A program made the translations under genes and the position numbers. From NCBI GenBank assembly GCA_021513695.1, contig CP084166.1, forward strand, positions 2,496,001 through 2,560,000: a stretch of 64,000 bases of DNA. The letters are read 5' to 3'. Below are positions 9,923-17,928 of the stretch, piece after piece. Origin of the DNA: Candidatus Heimdallarchaeum aukensis (GTDB lineage Archaea > Asgardarchaeota > Heimdallarchaeia > Heimdallarchaeales > Heimdallarchaeaceae). Under the pieces are notes generated by a model. That model made no database searches and was not told the origin of the DNA. It worked only from the letters and a program-made list of their open reading frames with translations. The number at the start of each line of letters is the position of its first letter. Within the stretch, counting starts at the first letter, position 1.

Positions 9923-10712
9923 TTGAGTAGATTATTTTGGGCTCTCTTGGTCTGTCAATTTGTATTTGATGCTCATATTTTCCCAGATAGATAGGATACC
10001 AACTTATTTCTTTATCTTTGTTTCGACGATCTTTTTGAGGTTTTGTATACTCATTTAACAAATTTTTTTGGAGATTAGAAAAATCACGCCATTGTTGATC
10101 AATTATATCGCTTTTTAATACATCTTTTTTTATTAGATACTTCATTCTATCTTGAGTAATGGCTGTCCACATGTGCCCATATTCATTTATCCAAATAGAA
10201 CCTGCATTAAGCCAATTATATGAATTCTGCATTCTTCCTCTTAATTGGCATATCCTTTTCAGAAAACTGTTATTAAAATTTTGTACATAATAAGTTATTG
10301 AAGTACTTTTTGTATTACTTTGAATTTTTTCTAGAAAATAAATTCGTCCTTCTCTAGAAAATTTATACTTTGAACCGTGCTTTCTTAAAAATCCTGTCCA
10401 TAAAGAGCCAATTTCTAGATTTCTGGGGTTAATCTCAATATCTTCAAAAACTAACTCCTTATTTAATTGTCCAACATAAACTGGCAACCATTCATTCTTC
10501 TTTTTTCTAATATAAGTAATAATCTCTCTTTCTTCATTAATTATTATTCGACCACTATTCTCCTTTCTGACATCAATTATGTCTTCTATAATCTTTGAGA
10601 CGTCAGTGGTTGTTGGAATTTTTATATCTCTATCTTTGTAGTAAATGCCATCAATATTATAAACATATTTTGACCCTCGAACATGCTTGTCATAAATATC
10701 TCCTTTTTTCAT
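9891..10712 (-). CDS. hypothetical protein made of two copies of the shared module
   Basis: Copy 1: 'KKGDIY..GSKYVYNIDG..ENSGRIIINEEREIIT..PVYVGQL'. Copy 2: 'IGSLW..GSKYKFSREG..AGSIWINEYGHMWT..YPIYLGKY'. ATGA overlap with the upstream gene at 10709-10712. Confidence 0.6.
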   Translation of the reverse strand: MKKGDIYDKHVRGSKYVYNIDGIYYKDRDIKIPTTTDVSKIIEDIIDVRKENSGRIIINEEREIITYIRKKKNEWLPVYVGQLNKELVFEDIEINPRNLEIGSLWTGFLRKHGSKYKFSREGRIYFLEKIQSNTKSTSITYYVQNFNNSFLKRICQLRGRMQNSYNWLNAGSIWINEYGHMWTAITQDRMKYLIKKDVLKSDIIDQQWRDFSNLQKNLLNEYTKPQKDRRNKDKEISWYPIYLGKYEHQIQIDRPREPKIIYSIDDNYDRWFD

Positions 10713-12403
10713 TTTAATACACCAATTCTCGATAAAAATTCATTATCATCTTCTTCTGACCATTCTTTCTCTAAATCATAAGGAGGTTTGAATTTTATAT
10801 TTCCTGAAAATTTACCTAAATAAATTGGAATCATTCCGTCTCTATCGGTTTTTTTCCTAATATCAATCAAATTTTTTTCAAAATTTGATAACTTTGATAT
10901 TTGGTTTAATATTCTTCTAGGATAAGGAGCAGAGTACATTAATGTCAATATTGCTCCATTCTCGTTTATTTTTATTCTTCCACCTTGTGGTTTAAATTGT
11001 AAAACTGTTTCCACTATCTTTTCATGCCCTTCAACAGCATAAAATTTCCTGCCAGATACTTTTATGAATAATTGTCGATTAGCATTAATTCCAAAAGTGG
11101 TTCCATCATATATACTTGGCCATAAATCTCCTTTTTTTAACTTTAAAGGTTTCCAGGAAATTTTATTTTCTTTGAAAATTATTTCTCCAGTTAACATTGT
11201 AACAAATATCTGTTTGTATTCGCCATTTACTTCTTTTTTAGTGATTATTTCTCCGCTTTCAGTGATACGAAAACTACCACCTAGTGGTCTACAATTAAGA
11301 AGTTTGTTTTTTACTCTATTATCAGAAAATTCTATCTCAAGTTTTGTGTCTGTACCACTCAAAGACCACCAAAAACGACCATCAGAATTAAAATGATATT
11401 TAGTTCCACGATAGATACTGTGGTAGGTTTCATTCTCTTTGGAGTCCAAAGGAGCTAACCAAAAATCAGAGCGATAAAGATATTGATCATGAGATTTTGT
11501 GGTGTTTATTTCTTCTCGTTTTTTTAATAGTTCTTTCCAGTTTTCTTGCAAAGATATTTTGCCGTCTTTTACTGTATTCACTAGTTTAAGTTCTTTTAAT
11601 GTTTCTAGCAATCTTAATCCGTTTTCTTCACCAATTAAAATCAAAATTTCATTTAATTTTAACTCCAGTTTATTATTGAATAAGAGCAAAATTAATTTTT
11701 CTAGTTCATATGGTGATGGATCAATAAGATCAATTTCATTGATTATATTTTGTAAAGTAAATTTGTTATCATCTTTTAAATTATCTATTTCAAATAGTTC
11801 ATCAATACTGTACTCAACTACGCCAAATTTTTCAATAATTAAAGATAGCTCTGATTGTTTAAAAACAAATTCATTTGATGAAGTATTAGATAAAAATTGA
11901 GTGAGATTAATTTCATTTAGAACATTAAACCATAGATGTTTATCTCTTTCAATTTGATTGGTATCGTAAGAACTATCTCCTTTAAAACAAACAATAGAAC
12001 TAATATGCCTAACTGGTTGTTGTATAAAGCGGGCTGAAATAGATTTTAATACTTCATTAATGTAGTTCATTAATTCATATCTCTGTGATCTAACTTGCCT
12101 GAAAATGTTTTTTCCTCCATTAATAGGCAATTTTTTATTTTGGTCAGTTACAACATACCATTCACTGTTTTCGGATCCAATTACTTTTCCTTCATAATTT
12201 TTGACTTCAACACTAATAATAGCTTTATCTTTGAGGATAATTAAGTCATACTGGTGTTTTCCAATAATATAATCTAAAATTATGTGAATTGTTTGCTTAC
12301 TATTTTGAAATTCATCATAGATATTTTTTAATATCTTAGTAATTTGTTTTTTTTCATTTTCTTCAAAATCTAAAAAACCTGAATAATATGCCTTCACAGT
12401 CAT
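10709..12403 (-). CDS. NERD-domain protein with central helical/wHTH-like region and two C-terminal copies of the shared module
   Basis: NERD-like 'YDLIILKDKAIISVEVKNYEGKVIGSENSEWYV...NIFRQVRSQRYEL' (aa ~50-112). Module copies at aa ~308-412 ('GTKYHFNSDG..RPLGGSFRITESGEIIT') and ~413-540 ('KKGDLW..KPQGGRIKINENGAILT..IPIYLGKF'). Confidence 0.7.
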   Translation of the reverse strand: MTVKAYYSGFLDFEENEKKQITKILKNIYDEFQNSKQTIHIILDYIIGKHQYDLIILKDKAIISVEVKNYEGKVIGSENSEWYVVTDQNKKLPINGGKNIFRQVRSQRYELMNYINEVLKSISARFIQQPVRHISSIVCFKGDSSYDTNQIERDKHLWFNVLNEINLTQFLSNTSSNEFVFKQSELSLIIEKFGVVEYSIDELFEIDNLKDDNKFTLQNIINEIDLIDPSPYELEKLILLLFNNKLELKLNEILILIGEENGLRLLETLKELKLVNTVKDGKISLQENWKELLKKREEINTTKSHDQYLYRSDFWLAPLDSKENETYHSIYRGTKYHFNSDGRFWWSLSGTDTKLEIEFSDNRVKNKLLNCRPLGGSFRITESGEIITKKEVNGEYKQIFVTMLTGEIIFKENKISWKPLKLKKGDLWPSIYDGTTFGINANRQLFIKVSGRKFYAVEGHEKIVETVLQFKPQGGRIKINENGAILTLMYSAPYPRRILNQISKLSNFEKNLIDIRKKTDRDGMIPIYLGKFSGNIKFKPPYDLEKEWSEEDDNEFLSRIGVLK

Positions 12404-12561
12404 AATTTTTCCTCATTATGATAAATTAAGACAACTTAAAAATATTATATCTGAATTTCTTAAAAGCTTTGCTTTAAAAATGCAAAAAATTGCTATTTAT
12501 GTAGATCAAATAAAATTAATTTTTTAATAATGACGAAATTCTGTAAAAAAATAAGTTTATC

Positions 12562-12611
12562 CTCTCTTTAAATGATAAAATTAAATAATTCCTTTTGTTA
12601 TTTAAAGAGAG
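12562..12611. promoter_or_regulatory. 12-bp perfect inverted repeat (CTCTCTTTAAAT / ATTTAAAGAGAG) with 26-nt spacer in the divergent NERD-operon / HNH intergenic region
   Basis: Arms at 12562-12573 and 12600-12611, read directly. One such repeat could occur by chance in an AT-rich 64-kb window. Confidence 0.2.
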
Positions 12612-12800
12612 ATTCAATTTAGTTTAAAAAAGGAATCCTAGAATTGATGTTTTACTGATAAAAGCACTTCCTTAATTCCAAGTTATATTATTTTAAACAA
12701 ATTTAATATAGATAATAATTAAAAAAGAATCTTGTGAGTTCGATATATTTATTCCTTCTTGATGACATTATTTTTATAATCTCTATTTAAATCATGAATT

Positions 12801-13994
12801 ATGGATGTTCTTCTTGCAATAGAATCTGTTCTTTTTGATGAGAAGAAAACTAGTACATACAAATTTGCTTTGGTAACTGCAATTATTGATTATGTCATAG
12901 AAAATCCAAACGAGTTTCCAGAAAACGGTTTTCACTATATACCAATTATTTATCTAGCAAAAAGGTGGTTATATTATTATTATCCATTGATGGTTTATGG
13001 GGAGAGAGGAGTTAGACAAGGATCAACACAGATATCTTTGCATCGATTTATTAGAGAATTTGTTGAAAAGCAAAGGGATAAGTCAATAAATTATTTTGAA
13101 CCTGAAGCAATTCTTAAAATTAAAGAAAGAATAGAAGATAATGAAATATTGGATAAGGAACTGATTTCTTTACTAATAAAGATAAGAAGAGTTATAATAA
13201 GCCAACCTTTACAATTCATTAAAATTGCCAGTAATAGTTTTATTCAAGAAGAGTTAGTAGAAGGAATAAAATTTAAAGATGAAACCTTTTCTCTCTTTGG
13301 ACTATATAACAGTTTACTAAAATATAATGAAAAAGAAAACTATCAAAGTATTAGATCGAAATCAACTAATTGGGAAGGAGAAAGAGGAGAACAAACTTGG
13401 TTGGAATTGGAAGCTGAAGAGACATTATTTATACAAATGGGACATTATACTTACAAAGAATTAGCAGAATCAAGATTTTTTATAAAAGATGCAATAATAA
13501 AAAGATGGTTAGAATATTCAGTAGAAAAGTATCTGCAAGCAGATGCTAAAGCAATTTATGCATTATTTTACGGACTAAAACTACATGAAAAAAGACTGGA
13601 AAGAGAATCAGGAAAAATACAGAAGATGAGAAAAATAGCCTTAACAGTTTTTAAACCGATGAAATGTATTTACTGTGGAAAAGAAATAAGAAAATTTGAA
13701 CTAGATCACCTAATACCTTGGTCAAAGTTTCCAGTTGATAGATTCTGGAATCTCTTTCCAGCATGCGAAAGTTGCAATAGAAAAAAATCAGATAAGATCA
13801 TAAGTATAGAAAGAAATATTCAAAGTAAAATAGCTGAATATTTAAAAGCGTGGCTGGAATATTTTATAGAAAATAAGGAAGAATTGGCAGTCCTAGGAGG
13901 AAAAGAAACTCACAATCTAAATATGGAAAATATAGAATCTTCAATTCATCTGTTATTAGAACAAATAAAAGAAATAAATCAGAATTTAATTTAG
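12801..13994 (+). CDS. HNH endonuclease with ~290-aa uncharacterised N-terminal region
   Basis: C-terminal 'CIYCGKEIRKFELDHLIPWSKFPVDRFWNLFPACESCNRKKSDK' has the CxxC...DH...N...CxxCN pattern. The N-terminus ('TSTYKFALVTAIIDYV') is unassigned. Confidence 0.85.
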   Translation: MDVLLAIESVLFDEKKTSTYKFALVTAIIDYVIENPNEFPENGFHYIPIIYLAKRWLYYYYPLMVYGERGVRQGSTQISLHRFIREFVEKQRDKSINYFEPEAILKIKERIEDNEILDKELISLLIKIRRVIISQPLQFIKIASNSFIQEELVEGIKFKDETFSLFGLYNSLLKYNEKENYQSIRSKSTNWEGERGEQTWLELEAEETLFIQMGHYTYKELAESRFFIKDAIIKRWLEYSVEKYLQADAKAIYALFYGLKLHEKRLERESGKIQKMRKIALTVFKPMKCIYCGKEIRKFELDHLIPWSKFPVDRFWNLFPACESCNRKKSDKIISIERNIQSKIAEYLKAWLEYFIENKEELAVLGGKETHNLNMENIESSIHLLLEQIKEINQNLI

Positions 13995-14013
13995 ACAGAA
14001 GAATTCAGCTTGA

Positions 14014-14400
14014 CTAATAGTCATCTGTTTCTTCTAAACAAATATAATTAAACAACTCAAATCCTTTTTCAGTTAAATTGTTGTTTGTTACCAGCTCTAA
14101 AGACAAAAGAAGATTCAGTAAATCAACAATTGCCTTTTGATTTAAAAAAGAATATTTTCTATGTAATTCAAGAAATAATCTTTTGTATATTTTTGCTTTG
14201 AGTATTTAGTGAGATTTTTGAAAATAAATAGCTAATAATATTTTATACTCTTCTAGATTGATACTAGCTGGAGAAAAAATTTGTAATGAACTTGTATAAA
14301 GATAATTCAATAGCTGTTCATTTTTGATTTTTATTTGATTCTTTTTTTCTATTTTCAAAAGCATTCTATTTTTGTAATTAAGAAAATTATACAAAAACAA
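14014..14400 (-). pseudogene. small wHTH-like gene interrupted by one in-frame TAA (14206-14208)
   Basis: The 64-aa ORF 14206-14400 continues in the same frame for 63 more codons after the TAA ('ILKAKIYKRLFLELHRKYSFLNQKAIVDLLNLLLSLELVTNNNLTEKGFELFN...') to the TAG at 14014-14016. The downstream half has no start codon of its own. Confidence 0.4.
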
Positions 14401-14610
14401 AAGGAAATTTATGATATATGGTTAACTTTTTCCACCGAACTTCTACTTATAAAATATACCAGATAATTATCGTTCACAATAACATTAATGAAAATTTTAT
14501 CCTCTTACAAAAATTTGCTAAAATCTTTTTACAAAAATATTTTAAGGTATCACTGTATGTTTTTCTCATCTCTTTAATGTGTGGGAAAGAAATAGGGTAT
14601 ATAGAAAACC

Positions 14611-15372
14611 GGTAGTGTCTAGTTTTTATACCACCTCCTAGGCAAAAAGGAACTAAGGGGAGGATGTCCCAAGCTCTGATGAGGACGAACGAAATTATAA
14701 TAGAGCATAAAGAGTGTAAGGAAACCAGAAAGATGGGTAGAGCCATAGACGGCACGGATAGAACATGTGCAGTGGAGAATAGAATGAAACCAACGATAGC
14801 TCTTAAGGGTAGCATTAAAACGTTCAATATAGGAGCGTAAACCACCTTTGATAACGGAGATTTTAATACCGAGACGACGTAATACAGGATACCATACCCC
14901 TGCATCTGTAACGACAATACGAGGCTTAGAACCCCAACATTTGAACCAATAACGAAAAGTTAGTAAACATTCAAGATTACTCCGTCCTTTAGTAATACTA
15001 AAACCCAGTAAAGTCTTGTTGTAAGGATCTAACGCGAACCACATGTACATTGAGCCTTGAGAGGTCTTAATCTCTGTTTCATCAACTACTATAATCTCTG
15101 GTATTCCCCCTCTCTCTGCTACAACTCTATGTAAACTTTCCCTAAAGAGCCTGAATTTCTTTACCCAATACCATAGTGCCTGGTGTGTTAAACCATTCTT
15201 CCATGCTACTGTCCTCAAACCATTCTTTGAACCGATATATTCATAAATAGCTCTTATGATTATTTTCTTGGGGATTCTGCTCCCTTTAAAAAGGGAGTAT
15301 ATTCTTAGTTTGTTCATATTTTCACATTAGAATCCCCAATAATATTTTTGTCGGGAGAAACTAGACACCACC
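14611..15372 (-). mobile_element. IS6-like insertion sequence, copy B (762 bp), inverted relative to copy A, with its own flanking direct repeat
   Basis: IRs: GGTAGTGTCTAGTTTTT at 14611-14627, and ...AAACTAGACACCACC ending at 15372 (one mismatch). A 10-bp direct repeat ATAGAAAACC sits at 14601-14610 and 15373-15382. Confidence 0.85.
14619..15317 (-). CDS. DDE transposase (IS6-like), copy B
   Basis: 232 aa, collinear with the 6403-7101 product. Differences cluster in the first 13 aa, with scattered substitutions elsewhere. Confidence 0.85.
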   Translation of the reverse strand: MNKLRIYSLFKGSRIPKKIIIRAIYEYIGSKNGLRTVAWKNGLTHQALWYWVKKFRLFRESLHRVVAERGGIPEIIVVDETEIKTSQGSMYMWFALDPYNKTLLGFSITKGRSNLECLLTFRYWFKCWGSKPRIVVTDAGVWYPVLRRLGIKISVIKGGLRSYIERFNATLKSYRWFHSILHCTCSIRAVYGSTHLSGFLTLFMLYYNFVRPHQSLGHPPLSSFLPRRWYKN

Positions 15373-15423
15373 ATAGAAAACCATTAGAAAAAATTTTAAT
15401 ATGATAACGTAGGAAGAAAAGAA

Positions 15424-16245
15424 ATGAAAAAAGAGAAAGAGGACGCAATTAAAAAATTTGCGAATATTTTTTCAATGACAGCGGGAAATAGAAGTATATA
15501 TAAACACCTGGATTTTCTATTTAAAGATGATTATAATGGTTCAACAAAGAGAGATCAAATTATCTATTTATTAAAGAAATATTATCCTGATAATAAAAAA
15601 CTTATGTACATCTTAAGAGAGATTTTTGCAGTTCATAATGTTTCTTTTGTTAAACGTAATATTGATAAAATCAATGAATGCCTTATAAATTTTAATCTAT
15701 ATGTTGATGAAAATTTAAAACTTAATGTAATTGATTCTGTGATTATGTGTCTTAATGAGGCTGAATTCATAGTCAATTCTCAATTAGACAATATTCCGAA
15801 AAACTTACCCCAAATGCCAGAAGATATCCTGGAAAAAGGAAAAAATATGGCTTATGCATATTTACTTTTATATATCCTTGAAAATTATTTGAGGTTATTC
15901 ATAAGCCAAGCTAATAAGAATAAAAAATTAGAATACAGCGCTGGACAGAAAAAGAAAATAGAAAATAGAAAAAATCAAGAAGAAAAAAACACGTATCACG
16001 CTGTAAGAGGTACAAATGATCTCTTTTATCTTGATCTTAGTGATTTATGTTCTATAATTGTAAATAATTGGAATAGTTTTATTAAATATTTTCCAAATCA
16101 AAATTTCATCAAAACTAGGCTTGAGGAATTAGTAATAACACGGAATCACGTTGCTCATAATAGTATCATTTCTGACAATGATTTCAGGAGATTAATAACA
16201 TATTTTGAAGATATCCTTAATCAAATAGCCTTTTACTTTCATTAA
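15424..16245 (+). CDS. HEPN-domain protein (Swt1-like R-N-x-x-A-H motif) with unknown N-terminal region
   Basis: 'LEELVITRNHVAHNSIISDNDFRRL' near the C-terminus matches the Rx4H HEPN signature. Confidence 0.5.
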   Translation: MKKEKEDAIKKFANIFSMTAGNRSIYKHLDFLFKDDYNGSTKRDQIIYLLKKYYPDNKKLMYILREIFAVHNVSFVKRNIDKINECLINFNLYVDENLKLNVIDSVIMCLNEAEFIVNSQLDNIPKNLPQMPEDILEKGKNMAYAYLLLYILENYLRLFISQANKNKKLEYSAGQKKKIENRKNQEEKNTYHAVRGTNDLFYLDLSDLCSIIVNNWNSFIKYFPNQNFIKTRLEELVITRNHVAHNSIISDNDFRRLITYFEDILNQIAFYFH

Positions 16246-16317
16246 GATCTGTGTATGTTGTTTGATATATGTGTAGTCTAAGTTTAGATATTGAACAGAC
16301 TTCTTTTTGATTATTCT

Positions 16318-17919
16318 TTATTTCTCAAGTTCTTCTTTTATAGATGGAGTTACCCCCCCATGTTTCATTCTACGTTTCTTAATATTAACTAAAAGTGTAA
16401 AAGGAACAGATAATCCTGTAACCATAGCTTCACCAGTAGCTAGCCCTTTAATTGCTTCGAAATCTTCTTTTGTCATATGTTCTGCAATGTTTTGTACATA
16501 ATTTTGGTCTTTTGGATTCATCATTCTTAGTATAAAATGGGTGTTACATTGGCTTAAAATGTCTGCATCAACTTTAGAAGGTCTTTGTGATACAATACAC
16601 AATCCCATACCAAATTTTCTTCCTTCAGAAGCAACTCTTGCAATTATCTGTTTAGAAGCAGAAGGGCTTGTTCCTGGAGGAATGAAATTATGTGCTTCTT
16701 CAATAATTGTTAAAAATGGCTTTATTTTTGATTCATAACTTGTTTTCCTCAAATCAAAGAGTTTTCTTAGAATTAATCCTACTAAAGCTTGTTGATCAAA
16801 AGCTTCAATTCCTCCTAAGTCTAATATTGATATTTGCCCTTTCTTTACAAATTCTGAAACATCAGTTCCTTTTCCAAAAGTAAAATATGGTCTTTTCAAT
16901 AGTGCTCTCATTTTATTTTCAAGTGCTCTTCTTGTTCCTTTGTGTTCTATTCTTTCTATTGACTTTTCTATTAATTCCTCAATGCTGGTTGGAGGATTTC
17001 CATCAAGTGCTTCCATATGTATTTCATCCCAACCTCGATCTAATGATGCACTCTGAGCCTCTGAAATACCATAGTACTGTGAAAGTAAAGTCTTGATTTG
17101 CCATGTCTCTAACTCTGCTGGATGAAACTTAACACTAATTGTTACTCTTTTTCTTCCATGAACATCTTCAAACTTCTTTTCAAGTAAATAATTAAATTCT
17201 CCAGGAACAAATGTTAGTACTGACTTTGAGATTTCACGTGCTTCTCTTGAATCTTCATTAGGAATAAGTGTTGAAGAATATTCGCTATGAGGATCAATAA
17301 GAATGATGGGTAGTTTGAGATTATCTATTAAATATAATTCTTCGAGAATAACACCAACAGTATAACTTTTTCCTGCTCCTGTCATTGCTAAAACTGAAAA
17401 ATGATGTGTTACAAGTTTTTCATAATCTATATATGCTGGAACATTATGATTATCTCTCAAATTACCAATAATAATTGTTCTATCCTTAATGAAAAAAGAA
17501 GAAACAAATTCATCATCGGCCATATAAATAATTGTACCAGGATTAAGAGGGATTCGAGGTCTGACAAAGGCATTTCCTATTTTTCTTCCAATTATTAAAA
17601 CTGAAAATCCCATCATTCCAGCAATTTCAGAAGCTAATCCTAAATGTTCAATAGTCATAGAACTTGCCTCTAAGTCTTTTGTTCTAAGTTTTGGCATCAT
17701 ATTTTCATCTAATAGTAATCTGTTTTTTGTCCAAACAGATATAACTCTCCCTAGTAAAAATTCTTGTTTTTTATTTTCATCTAGATATTGTATTTTTACT
17801 AGTCTACCAATACCAATACTTGGCGAGTCTTTCAGAGCAATTGCTTCTACCAAGTATGGTGTTGTTTTTCCATAAACTATTCCAACAGGTATGTTTTTTT
17901 TCTCTCTATTTTGTTCCAT
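16318..17919 (-). CDS. herA: HerA-type (DUF87/FtsK-HerA superfamily) ATPase
   Basis: Walker A 'LAMTGAGKSYT', Walker B 'LTIIEEAHNFIP', 'GMGLCIVSQRPSKVD'. The N-terminal barrel-like region is 'PVGIVYGKTTPYLVEAIA'. Lies 9 nt downstream of the nurA-like gene. Confidence 0.85.
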   Translation of the reverse strand: MEQNREKKNIPVGIVYGKTTPYLVEAIALKDSPSIGIGRLVKIQYLDENKKQEFLLGRVISVWTKNRLLLDENMMPKLRTKDLEASSMTIEHLGLASEIAGMMGFSVLIIGRKIGNAFVRPRIPLNPGTIIYMADDEFVSSFFIKDRTIIIGNLRDNHNVPAYIDYEKLVTHHFSVLAMTGAGKSYTVGVILEELYLIDNLKLPIILIDPHSEYSSTLIPNEDSREAREISKSVLTFVPGEFNYLLEKKFEDVHGRKRVTISVKFHPAELETWQIKTLLSQYYGISEAQSASLDRGWDEIHMEALDGNPPTSIEELIEKSIERIEHKGTRRALENKMRALLKRPYFTFGKGTDVSEFVKKGQISILDLGGIEAFDQQALVGLILRKLFDLRKTSYESKIKPFLTIIEEAHNFIPPGTSPSASKQIIARVASEGRKFGMGLCIVSQRPSKVDADILSQCNTHFILRMMNPKDQNYVQNIAEHMTKEDFEAIKGLATGEAMVTGLSVPFTLLVNIKKRRMKHGGVTPSIKEELEK

Positions 17920-17928
17920 TTTCCTTCC

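Noticed and set aside
6347-15372. Interpretation of the two IS6-like copies plus cargo as a single composite transposon that arrived as a unit.
   Set aside because: Each copy has its own matching flanking direct repeat (ATATAAAGC and ATAGAAAACC). The outer flanks of the pair do not match each other, which indicates two independent insertions.
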